From the IMG/VR virus record IMGVR_UViG_3300013936_000003, positions 1-61,121 of that record: 61,121 nt of DNA; one strand, given 5' to 3'. Under the pieces are notes generated by a model that saw nothing but the letters and a program-made list of their open reading frames with translations, was not told the DNA's origin and made no database searches. Positions within the stretch are counted from its first letter, which is position 1. Every line of letters starts with the position of its first letter. The position numbers and the translations under genes are program-made. The DNA is from a virus. Of the stretch, positions 1-7,565 are shown one piece after another.

Positions 1-77
1 TGAGGGCGAACGACTACAAGGTCATCAAGTGCTTTGAGGCGCAGGCCACGGGCGGCACAATGCCATACGACATTGCC
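1..77. repeat. 77-bp exact terminal duplication (identical to 61045..61121); circular-contig overlap
   Basis: Read directly: tgagggcgaacgactacaagg...catacgacattgcc occurs at both ends of the window. Confidence 0.95.
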
Positions 78-146
78 GCACTGCACGCTGAGAGAGAGGC
101 GGCACGCAGCGAGATTAACGAGCTGCAACAGAAGTTTAACGTTTAA
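1..146 (+). CDS. 3' part of the junction-spanning gene that starts at 60909 (small coiled-coil protein downstream of the tail fibre)
   Basis: The frame of 60909..61121 continues through the 77-bp overlap to TAA at 144..146. Confidence 0.6.
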   Translation, partial: RANDYKVIKCFEAQATGGTMPYDIAALHAEREAARSEINELQQKFNV

Positions 147-163
147 CGAGAGGAGGATTGATT

Positions 164-445
164 ATGGAGTGGTTGATTAAGTGGTTTGGAGTTGACAAGC
201 TGAAGCACGTGGCCGTGTGCCTGCTGATTGGCGGCTGCATCGGCACGTTCTTGTCGCTGCTTGGCGCTGACTTCGCAACGGCTGCCGTGGCTGCGGTTTT
301 CTGCGCAGAGGTGGCCGCTGTGACAAAGGAGTGGTGCGACAAGGTGTACGTGAACAACTGGAGCTGGGGCGACTTCGCAGCCGACCAAGTGGGCATCGTG
401 CTGGCGGTGGCGTGGCTGGTGATGTGGCACTTTAGCAAGGGATAG
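164..445 (+). CDS. small hydrophobic membrane protein; holin or antiholin candidate
   Basis: ATG at 164 after gagaggagga; several hydrophobic stretches; first gene of the lysis cassette. Confidence 0.6.
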   Translation: MEWLIKWFGVDKLKHVAVCLLIGGCIGTFLSLLGADFATAAVAAVFCAEVAAVTKEWCDKVYVNNWSWGDFAADQVGIVLAVAWLVMWHFSKG

Positions 446-449
446 GCGG

Positions 450-944
450 ATGATAACGAAGACAACAGCGGTGAGCAGCGGAAAGCTGCTTGTGGTGAGC
501 GCAATGGGCACGGAGGCGCTTAGCGCACTCTTCGATTTGCGCTGGATGCTGGTGGCCGTGGTGGTGCTCATCGTTGCGGACTTTTGGTTCGGGCTGAGCG
601 AGAGCCTTCAGAAGCACGAGGACTTCCGCTTCAGCCGTGCTGGGCGGAGGACTTGCAACAAGGCCGTGGACTATCTCACCTACCTCATCGTAGGGGCGGT
701 GGTTGGGTTGGCCATCTTCGAGCCGCTCGGCTGGGCCACGCACACTACCACTGCGGCTATCGGCCTCGGCTTCGGCTGCGTGTGGGAGATAGACAGCATA
801 ATGGGCCACGTGTGCGCCCTGCACGGGGTGCAGTGGAAATTCAGCATAAAAAAAATGATTATCGCTTTGCTCAAGCGGAAGTCGCCCGACCTTGGCGATG
901 CCGTGGAGGAGGCGATGGAAACAGACGAGAGCAATGGAAAATAG
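450..944 (+). CDS. holin-like membrane protein
   Basis: Multiple TM segments; VADFWFGLSES...SRAGRRTCNKAVDYLTYLIV resembles the phage_holin_4-type pattern; sits next to the wall hydrolase. Confidence 0.6.
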   Translation: MITKTTAVSSGKLLVVSAMGTEALSALFDLRWMLVAVVVLIVADFWFGLSESLQKHEDFRFSRAGRRTCNKAVDYLTYLIVGAVVGLAIFEPLGWATHTTTAAIGLGFGCVWEIDSIMGHVCALHGVQWKFSIKKMIIALLKRKSPDLGDAVEEAMETDESNGK

Positions 945-1089
945 CGTAATGGTATTGTTTGCGATGGTGATGCTGCTGCTTGCGGCACTCGCCATCACCG
1001 GCAAGCGGCTGGACAAAGTGACGCACGAGCGCAACACCTACAAGGCGCAGCTTGACGAATTGAAAAAACATTTTGCAAATGGAGATTAA
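934..1089 (+). CDS. small N-terminal-TM coiled-coil protein (lysis accessory?)
   Basis: MENSVMVLFAMVMLLLAALAITGKR then a charged helix; overlaps both neighbouring genes. Confidence 0.4.
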   Translation: MENSVMVLFAMVMLLLAALAITGKRLDKVTHERNTYKAQLDELKKHFANGD

Positions 1090-1540
1090 GATTAAGCGAG
1101 TGGCGAAGAAGCCGCTCTACACGATAGGGCATCTGTACGTTAACGGCAAGTACTTCTGCGACACGCTGGAGGACACCGACAGAGGACTGACGCAGCAGAT
1201 GTCGCTTGAGCAGATTAAGCGCATAAAGGTGCAGAACAAGACCGCCATACCGAGCGGCCAGTATCGGGTGACGCTGGATGTGAAGTCGCCTAAGTACTCG
1301 AACTATGGCCGCTACCCGTGGGCCAAGCCAATCAACGGCTGCGTGCCACGGCTGCTGAACACGATAGGCTTCGACGGGGTGTTGATACACGTGGGCAACA
1401 CGGCAGAGGACACCAGCGGCTGCATACTTGTCGGACAGAACAAGGTGGTGGGGCGACTCATCAACTCCACCGCCACATTCGGCAAGCTCTACGCTGCGAT
1501 GAAGGAGGCCAAGGGCGGCATATTCCTCACGATTGAGTGA
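1079..1540 (+). CDS. putative peptidoglycan hydrolase or endolysin (DUF5675-like, YkuD-type H...S-G-C-I motif)
   Basis: GVLIHVGNTAEDTSGCILVG matches the L,D-transpeptidase-fold active-site pattern; lysis-cassette position. Confidence 0.6.
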   Translation: MEIKIKRVAKKPLYTIGHLYVNGKYFCDTLEDTDRGLTQQMSLEQIKRIKVQNKTAIPSGQYRVTLDVKSPKYSNYGRYPWAKPINGCVPRLLNTIGFDGVLIHVGNTAEDTSGCILVGQNKVVGRLINSTATFGKLYAAMKEAKGGIFLTIE

Positions 1541-1546
1541 CGAAAA

Positions 1547-1564
1547 CGCCCTCCGAAGAGGGCG
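1547..1564. terminator. GC hairpin cgccctc-cgaa-gagggcg after the hydrolase gene
   Basis: 7-bp stem read directly; the U-tract is only convincing on the - strand. Confidence 0.35.
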
Positions 1565-1779
1565 CAAAAATATTATGATGCCGCCATTCACTTCGCAGCG
1601 TTCTGCGGCTTAACACACATGGCTGGGCGGCATTTTAACACAACAAAAAAAGCCGCCCCGAGAGGCGACCTACGTTTATTGATTTATTTGATGTGCAGCA
1701 AAGTTAGCGCATTTCTGCGTGACAGCAAAAAATGAGCGAAAAAAAGCCGCTCTTCACAGAGCAGCTCCTTAACTAATTT

Positions 1780-1787
1780 TACTTTTG
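1780..1787 (+). promoter_or_regulatory. Bacteroidota-type -7 box TACTTTTG
   Basis: Matches TAnnTTTG, 36 nt upstream of the ATG at 1823. Confidence 0.5.
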
Positions 1788-1822
1788 TTCATTTAAAATC
1801 CGCTGCTAAGTTACTAATTTTA

Positions 1823-2260
1823 ATGACAATGACAAAAAGAATAACGGCAATAGTTCTGCTTGTGCTTGCGCTCGTCGGGTGCAGGGCGCAGCGTGTGGAG
1901 TACCGCACGGAGTACAGGACCGACACCATCAACGTGAGCCGCACCGACACGCTGAGGCTCACGGAGTGGCGGCTGCGCATCGACAGCGTGGCCGTGAGGG
2001 ACACCACCAAGGTGTACCTTGAGGGCGGGACCAAGGTGGTGGAGCGCACGAAGTTCGTTGACCGCTGGCGCATCGACTCAACGGGCGTGAGCGAGCTGAG
2101 GGCACGATGCGACAGCCTCGCCCGTGTTAAGTCGTCTGTGGTTGTGAAGCGGCAGGAGGTGAACGTGCTGCGCTGGTGGCAGAAGTGGCTGATGTGGATA
2201 GGCGGCATAGCACTTGCTGCTGAAGCGGTTTTTGCCGCCGCAAAAAAAATACGGCGATGA
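1823..2260 (+). CDS. lipoprotein with C-terminal TM anchor; unimolecular spanin candidate
   Basis: Lipobox LALVGC at the N-terminus; C-terminal WLMWIGGIALAAEAVFAAAKKIRR. Confidence 0.65.
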   Translation: MTMTKRITAIVLLVLALVGCRAQRVEYRTEYRTDTINVSRTDTLRLTEWRLRIDSVAVRDTTKVYLEGGTKVVERTKFVDRWRIDSTGVSELRARCDSLARVKSSVVVKRQEVNVLRWWQKWLMWIGGIALAAEAVFAAAKKIRR

Positions 2261-2646
2261 TCAAAGTGCTGCTGCAACTCGTGCGATGGGCACCCGTGGT
2301 GGTGTGCATGCTGATGACGCTGCACTGCCTCCTATTGCTTTGCGGCATCGACCTGCCACTGCTGCGTTATGCCTCAACACCTCTGCTCTCCGCCGTGGTG
2401 CTGTGGGTGCTTTCACAGGTGTTCAGATTTTGTCTTTTCCATCAAATCTGCATCAACTACTGCTTTGCAGCGCATTGCTGCATCATCGCCAAGCGCCTCG
2501 GATTTTTTGCCGCTTGGGGCGTGGATATTGATTTTATTAGGTTCATCATGCTGTTGTCAGGCATCAGCATTTTAATTATCTTAGCATATGCAAAAAGGCA
2601 TAGAGGATTTACGCTCAGTGCTTGCCGAGATTTCGGCTGCCGCTGA
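2257..2646 (+). CDS. polytopic membrane protein
   Basis: ATGA overlap with the upstream stop; 129 aa, Cys- and Leu-rich and hydrophobic. Confidence 0.6.
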   Translation: MIKVLLQLVRWAPVVVCMLMTLHCLLLLCGIDLPLLRYASTPLLSAVVLWVLSQVFRFCLFHQICINYCFAAHCCIIAKRLGFFAAWGVDIDFIRFIMLLSGISILIILAYAKRHRGFTLSACRDFGCR

Positions 2647-2893
2647 AGAGAACAAATGCGGCATGAGCAGCGAGGCGTTCAGCGCACTCGCCACGGCGCT
2701 GCGTGCGCTCTACCGCTCGAAAGTGCCTAAGACTTTCAGCCGTGAGGAGGCCGCACGCCAACTTGGCATCAGTGTGCGTCAGCTTCAGCGTGACGCACAG
2801 GCCGCCGGCATTGAATTCAGCCGCAACGGGCATCGTGAGGTGTGGCTCACCGAGGCCGACGTTGAAAAGATACAACGATATAGAGTTAATTAA
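2588..2893 (+). CDS. small HTH DNA-binding protein (excisionase/MerR-like HTH_17 pattern)
   Basis: EEAARQLGISVRQLQRDAQ...WLTEADVEKI; the true start may be the ATG at 2663. Confidence 0.55.
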   Translation: MQKGIEDLRSVLAEISAAAEENKCGMSSEAFSALATALRALYRSKVPKTFSREEAARQLGISVRQLQRDAQAAGIEFSRNGHREVWLTEADVEKIQRYRVN

Positions 2894-2953
2894 TTGTTTT
2901 CATCTTTTTTCTGATTTTTTCTGACATTAATCTTTTTGGATTTTTCGTTTGCC

Positions 2954-2985
2954 AGCCGCAGCCCGTGACGGGTAGCGGCTTTCTT
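2954..2985 (+). terminator. hairpin (agccgc...gcggct with inner cccg/cggg) followed by TTCTTGTGTCC
   Basis: Stem read directly. Confidence 0.45.
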
Positions 2986-3017
2986 GTGTCCCGATTTCGG
3001 GACATTCCGAAACCGCA

Positions 3018-3046
3018 ACCGCCTGATTTTCAGCGGGCGGTTTTTT
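3018..3046 (+). terminator. hairpin accgcc...ggcggt plus T6, again followed by TTCTTGTGTCC
   Basis: 6-bp stem plus T-run read directly. Confidence 0.55.
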
Positions 3047-3131
3047 CTTGTGTCCTTTATTAGGGCGTGCCGCCGCCCTACCCTATTTTCGCATCGTAAA
3101 CCTATTGTTTAACGCTTTAATTTTTATCATT

Positions 3132-3659
3132 ATGCTATCACAAGAGGACATGGCAATGGTGCAGGGTATCGCCTACGGAGGCGGCAGAGGCACCGATTTA
3201 AGCAGCTACGAGCATTTTAAGGTGGCCGACCGGGCCGCCCGACGCCCCAACGGCGCAACCGTGGCCGCCGTCACGCTGGGAGCAGTAGGCACGGCACTTG
3301 CGGTCGGCGCCTGGATTTTCGGCCCGATATACGCCGCTGGACGTGCGAAGGGCAATCAGAGCCTCATAGAGGCCAACGCTGCGCATTCTCGCCAGATGCA
3401 GGACTTGCTTGCCAACAACATCTTGAACGAGCGCAGCGAGCGTGTGAACTACATTCAGCAGCAAAACCCGACGCTGCGTGACTACATCAACGTGCAGCAG
3501 AGCGGCTCGCAGAGCACCTCAGCGACTTCGAGCGCCCTCGCACAGGCCGAGGCCACGCTGCTCACCGGAGCGCTGACCGGCCAGGTTCAGAGCTGCCCGC
3601 AGAAGGTGTCGATTTATTCAGCACCTCAGCCGTGCGCTTGCCCTGGCACTTGCGGCTAA
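3132..3659 (+). CDS. membrane-anchored protein with Cys-rich C-terminus
   Basis: One TM segment (AAVTLGAVGTALAVGAWIFGPIY); C-terminal SCPQK...PQPCACPGTCG. Confidence 0.6.
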   Translation: MLSQEDMAMVQGIAYGGGRGTDLSSYEHFKVADRAARRPNGATVAAVTLGAVGTALAVGAWIFGPIYAAGRAKGNQSLIEANAAHSRQMQDLLANNILNERSERVNYIQQQNPTLRDYINVQQSGSQSTSATSSALAQAEATLLTGALTGQVQSCPQKVSIYSAPQPCACPGTCG

Positions 3660-3680
3660 CGGCTTGACGCTTTTTCAGTC

Positions 3681-3705
3681 GTCGGGGGGACGCCCCCGAC
3701 TTTTT
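3681..3705 (+). terminator. rho-independent terminator gtcggggg-gacg-cccccgac plus T5
   Basis: 8-bp GC stem and T-run read directly. Confidence 0.8.
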
Positions 3706-3715
3706 AATTAATGAA

Positions 3716-4066
3716 ATGATTTGGAAACGAAAAAGCAGGCGAGTCATGGAAATGATAGGAGCGTTGAGACCGACAAGCAAGATGGCGCTGAAACAGCAGT
3801 GTATCTTGATTGCGAGAGGCGACATAAAGGAGGCGATGGAGCTGTATCACTTTTTGATTGACGACATGGGCGAGCTGCCCGACATCGACCCAGTGCCGCC
3901 GTCGTGGTTTGACAACCTTGAAGGAACGCTCGACCGGATTTTCGGCTGGGTGGACAAAAACAAGGACACGCTCTCGCAAGGAGCGGAAATCGTGAGGGGC
4001 ATAGCTGCGAAACGAAGGGGCGAAATTCCGCCGTCGCCCGTTGAGTCGCTGCCTGACATCAACTGA
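3716..4066 (+). CDS. hypothetical protein
   Basis: ORF 116 aa, tightly packed with the next gene. Confidence 0.6.
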   Translation: MIWKRKSRRVMEMIGALRPTSKMALKQQCILIARGDIKEAMELYHFLIDDMGELPDIDPVPPSWFDNLEGTLDRIFGWVDKNKDTLSQGAEIVRGIAAKRRGEIPPSPVESLPDIN

Positions 4067-4269
4067 TGGGCGGCTACGAAGTGAGGTTTAACGTGTACGC
4101 AGCCAGCCAGGCGGAAGCTGACGAGGCGGCACAAGCAATCAAGGAATTCATCGCAGCACACGCCCACGCTGGGCGTGCAGTCACGGCAAAGAAGGTGGCT
4201 GCTGCCGTGCGCAATTGGGAGGGAAACCCTCTCGTACGTGCGAGGATTATAAGTTATTTTAAGAGTTGA
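4066..4269 (+). CDS. hypothetical protein
   Basis: ORF 67 aa; its start overlaps the upstream stop. Confidence 0.55.
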   Translation: MGGYEVRFNVYAASQAEADEAAQAIKEFIAAHAHAGRAVTAKKVAAAVRNWEGNPLVRARIISYFKS

Positions 4270-4274
4270 CAAAA

Positions 4275-4517
4275 ATGGAAGAGACAAAGAAATTCAGCTG
4301 CTCGGGCGACTGCATGAAGTGTCAGCCAGTGCAGTGGCAGTATTGCGCCGCCCAGCACGCCCACAACGTGTTGAAAAATCAGCAGAGCATAGTCGAGCGC
4401 CTCGAGCTGCTCGAGGCCGCAATGCTGGAAATGAGCAGCAGCGGAGGTGTCATCAACCCCTTTGAGGCGGCAGACGACGAGGAAATAGCGCAGAGTGGTG
4501 CCGGCGCAGATGAATAG
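4275..4517 (+). CDS. small Cys-motif protein (CSGDCMKC...C)
   Basis: ATG at 4275, in frame with track ORF 4266. Confidence 0.55.
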   Translation: MEETKKFSCSGDCMKCQPVQWQYCAAQHAHNVLKNQQSIVERLELLEAAMLEMSSSGGVINPFEAADDEEIAQSGAGADE

Positions 4518-4549
4518 GGCATCGTTTAACAATCTAAATTAACAAAGTT

Positions 4550-5008
4550 ATGAGTTGCAGATGTAAGAGCAACGGGGCGACCTACCTCAACGAGATTATG
4601 CCCCTCCCGGCGGCGGCAGCGAGCACCACCGCCACCTACGTAATTGACTTGACGCATTATTTGTGCGGCAACAGAAAGATTTGTATCAACAGCGCCTATC
4701 CCCCAGCCGCAGACCTCAAGTATCAGGTACAGGAGGTGGTTGGCGTGGGCAACGGCGCATATAACGCCACAATCCTGTGTACGGGCACGCTGACCTATCA
4801 GCCCTATTACCACAATTGCGCCAACGGCTGCACCCCGTGCCCTGTCAGCGAGGGCATCGTGTGCCAGTTTACCGTACCCGTGACGAGCGCCACTGCGCCC
4901 ACCTTGACGGCTGGCAGCTGCGTTGTCAGCCCGGCCAACGTGCAAGAGTGCTGCACGCTGTGCAATGCCGTGCAGATGGAGGCCAGCCTAATTGTAGCGC
5001 CCGCATGA
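4550..5008 (+). CDS. Cys-rich protein (16 Cys in 152 aa)
   Basis: ORF track; CxC, CxxxxxC, CxxCxxC and CC motifs. Confidence 0.6.
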   Translation: MSCRCKSNGATYLNEIMPLPAAAASTTATYVIDLTHYLCGNRKICINSAYPPAADLKYQVQEVVGVGNGAYNATILCTGTLTYQPYYHNCANGCTPCPVSEGIVCQFTVPVTSATAPTLTAGSCVVSPANVQECCTLCNAVQMEASLIVAPA

Positions 5009-5373
5009 TTTCCGTTGTCCTCATAGCAGTTTCGGCCGTGCTGTTTCGGCACCTTGGCCTCGTCGAAGCCATCGAGGGCGTGCTGAGACGGGAATTCGTG
5101 CTCATCGGATGTCCGAAGTGCCTAACGTTTTGGGCGAGTTTGGCGCATCTGCTGTGCGTCGAGCATGCCGTGCCCATCATGGCCGTGTTCACGGCATTCA
5201 CGGCAGCCTATGCCGCCGTGTGGCTGGAACTGCTGTTTGGTTTTATGAGTAAAGTCTATAACAAGTTGTGCGATGAAGTATATAGCGATGAAGAAGATGA
5301 GGGCTACACAGATGAAGATCGTGCCGAAGATGGTGTGCCCAGGCTGCGGCAAGGGAGCCAAAAAGCCTCCTAA
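5005..5373 (+). CDS. membrane protein with CPKC motif and acidic tail
   Basis: ATGA overlap at 5005..5008; MISVVLIAVSAVLF... Confidence 0.6.
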   Translation: MISVVLIAVSAVLFRHLGLVEAIEGVLRREFVLIGCPKCLTFWASLAHLLCVEHAVPIMAVFTAFTAAYAAVWLELLFGFMSKVYNKLCDEVYSDEEDEGYTDEDRAEDGVPRLRQGSQKAS

Positions 5374-5406
5374 GAAGATTTGAACTGTCCCGAAATTAAT
5401 CCGAAG

Positions 5407-5446
5407 TGGCTGCGTGATAATTTACCCACGCAGCCATATTTTTTTT
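5407..5446 (+). terminator. rho-independent terminator (tggctgcgtg / cacgcagcca, then T-run)
   Basis: 10-bp stem and T8 read directly. Confidence 0.8.
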
Positions 5447-5453
5447 GAAAAAA

Positions 5454-5496
5454 AATTCTCAAAATTTTGAGAATTCAAATAATTTTATTATTTTTG
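5454..5496 (+). promoter_or_regulatory. class-1 promoter copy 1: 22-bp perfect palindrome aattctcaaaattttgagaatt containing the -33 TTTG, plus -7 box TATTTTTG (5489..5496)
   Basis: Read directly; 19-bp spacing between TTTG and TA. Confidence 0.75.
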
Positions 5497-5529
5497 TATA
5501 CGGAAATAAACAAGTTAACTCTATTAGAT

Positions 5530-5847
5530 ATGGACTCAAGAATATACAATCTCCTCGTTAAGTATCGCCAAGTGGCAGAAGACTCTTATGCAAATGATAT
5601 GCTCACCTGCTTTGCTCCTGCAATCACGAAGAAGCAGTATTTCCAAATCGTTTTTGACGTGCTGAACGACCTCTCGGCACGTGAAATCACAATGATACTC
5701 AACAAGCCCGAGCGCATTGCTCAAAAAATTCGTAAAGGCTGCAAGATGGCCAATGAGAAGATGTGCCGCAACGACCGCCGAGAGTTTATCAAGCTCTGCT
5801 ACCAGGAGCAAAACGCAATGGGTTTATATCAAAAAAAATACTGCTGA
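5530..5847 (+). CDS. small regulator-like protein (possible HTH LSAREITMILNKPERIAQKIRKG)
   Basis: First ATG after promoter copy 1. Confidence 0.55.
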   Translation: MDSRIYNLLVKYRQVAEDSYANDMLTCFAPAITKKQYFQIVFDVLNDLSAREITMILNKPERIAQKIRKGCKMANEKMCRNDRREFIKLCYQEQNAMGLYQKKYC

Positions 5848-5862
5848 TTTCTTAAAAAAAAC

Positions 5863-5904
5863 ACTCTCAAAATTTTGAGAGTTCACAAAAAAGTCGTATC
5901 TTTG
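5863..5904 (+). promoter_or_regulatory. class-1 promoter copy 2: 20-bp palindrome actctcaaaattttgagagt plus TATCTTTG (5897..5904)
   Basis: Read directly. Confidence 0.75.
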
Positions 5905-5948
5905 TATTGTAAGAAAGAAACAGAATAATAAACAAAAACAAAAAAGTT

Positions 5949-6485
5949 ATGAAAGCATTTATCGAACTTCAAGTTATCAAGAATTTCCTCGACCGCATCG
6001 AGGGCGAGTATATCATCGAGGCGCACATCACGCTGGAGGACGCCTCTCTCTGCAACCTTCAGAACTTCCCCGAGCTGCCCAGCTGGTACAGCATCGACGA
6101 GCTGAAGAAGCAGCCGTGGCTCAAGGAGGCCAAGGAGTTTGCAGCGAAATACGGCTGCAAGCACCTCTACGAGGTGAGCGTTAAGGCCAGCGACTACATC
6201 AAAGAGCAGCTGGGCATCGGCCCGATGAAGCAGTACATGGCCGTCTACGGCCCGACGAGCTGCAAATACGGCTTCAAGGCTCGCAACACTCGCTGGGCGA
6301 AGGCGTTCAGCTATCGCAATTTCCGCTGCGAGGACGTGAAAATTTACGAGAAGCAGGGCAATGACTGGGAGCTCGTGGCCACACTCGACTGCCCTGGCAA
6401 GACCATCAACACACAGGCCGACCTCGACGCCATCGGCGAGGAGTGGAGCTATGAAGATTACAGCAACGAACTCTTAACGCTCTAA
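5949..6485 (+). CDS. hypothetical protein
   Basis: ORF 178 aa downstream of promoter copy 2. Confidence 0.7.
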   Translation: MKAFIELQVIKNFLDRIEGEYIIEAHITLEDASLCNLQNFPELPSWYSIDELKKQPWLKEAKEFAAKYGCKHLYEVSVKASDYIKEQLGIGPMKQYMAVYGPTSCKYGFKARNTRWAKAFSYRNFRCEDVKIYEKQGNDWELVATLDCPGKTINTQADLDAIGEEWSYEDYSNELLTL

Positions 6486-6488
6486 GCA

Positions 6489-6809
6489 ATGAAGGCAAAG
6501 TGCTACAAGGTGAGGCTTAAGCGCCTCACCTCGATTTCCGACAAGGCCTATGTGGCCGAGGACTACAACGGAAACAAGGACGTGCTGCCGAAGAGCCAGG
6601 TCTATTGCCCCGACCTCACAGCCGCCGATGACGAGGAAGTGTGGTGGATTTCGGCCTGGATTTTGGAAAAGAAGTCGCTGAACTACTCTGCAAAGGGGGC
6701 GAAGTTCTACGACACCAAGACCCACCGCCTGACATCCACGGGCAGCGTGCACATAGCAAAGCACATAGACCCCGTGGCCGACAACTCAATTGATGAATTG
6801 AAGCGATGA
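6489..6809 (+). CDS. hypothetical protein
   Basis: ORF 106 aa. Confidence 0.65.
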   Translation: MKAKCYKVRLKRLTSISDKAYVAEDYNGNKDVLPKSQVYCPDLTAADDEEVWWISAWILEKKSLNYSAKGAKFYDTKTHRLTSTGSVHIAKHIDPVADNSIDELKR

Positions 6810-6833
6810 TTTTCTGAAAAAAGTTCATTTTTT

Positions 6834-6875
6834 ATTCTCAAAATTTTGAGAATTAAGAAAAAAGCCGTATCTTTG
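6834..6875 (+). promoter_or_regulatory. class-1 promoter copy 3: 20-bp palindrome attctcaaaattttgagaat plus TATCTTTG (6868..6875)
   Basis: Read directly. Confidence 0.75.
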
Positions 6876-6910
6876 TATTGTAAGAAATAAACAATTAAAC
6901 ACTATCAGTT

Positions 6911-7552
6911 ATGAAGCTCAATCGCAACAACATCTACCCCATCATCAAGAAAGTCATCAACACCGCAGCCGTTAATGAGTGGCTGCGCAGCAACCCCGAC
7001 AGCGTTGACTACAACGAGCTGCACTCCGAGGTAACGCTCGAGGACTACTATATCGGCACCGAGACCACCTTCGTGGGCTCACTTAGAAAGGAGGCCGATG
7101 AGAGGAACACCTGGGAAGAGATGAAGGCCAGTGGCAAATACAGCTGGCATCAGTCTCCGCTCTCGTCGAGCGAGTATCTCATCGATGAGACGACTGGCGA
7201 CATCTTCCGTTTTTCAAATCACTGGGGCCGTGTGGCTTCCTGTACATGGGGCCTTCTTCTTGACGGGCATGACATCATCGGCGGCTCGTTCGCTATCGGC
7301 AAGAGCAACCTCAAAAATTTTAAGCGCCGCACAGATGCCCGCTATTTCGTGGAGAATGAAAATCGTGACTGGAAGGCATTCGAGGCTATCCTCCGCAAGG
7401 TTGTGCGTGACCTGCGCAAGCTGATGCGTGATAATGAGGTGAGCGAGGCAATGCTGAAGAAGGTAGAGATGGCCATTGACATCACAAAGAGCGCAGCCAA
7501 GGAGCACACTCTCCCCCATTACTGGGCAGTTTACAATGGCATGAGATATTAA
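6911..7552 (+). CDS. hypothetical protein
   Basis: ORF 213 aa. Confidence 0.7.
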   Translation: MKLNRNNIYPIIKKVINTAAVNEWLRSNPDSVDYNELHSEVTLEDYYIGTETTFVGSLRKEADERNTWEEMKASGKYSWHQSPLSSSEYLIDETTGDIFRFSNHWGRVASCTWGLLLDGHDIIGGSFAIGKSNLKNFKRRTDARYFVENENRDWKAFEAILRKVVRDLRKLMRDNEVSEAMLKKVEMAIDITKSAAKEHTLPHYWAVYNGMRY

Positions 7553-7565
7553 TTTTCCATATCTT

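Noticed and set aside
1-77. The 77-bp terminal repeat as a biological direct terminal repeat or cos region
   Set aside because: The length equals a common assembler k-mer, the repeat lies inside a CDS, and there is no flanking terminase-site-like structure. An assembly overlap of a circular contig is the simpler explanation.
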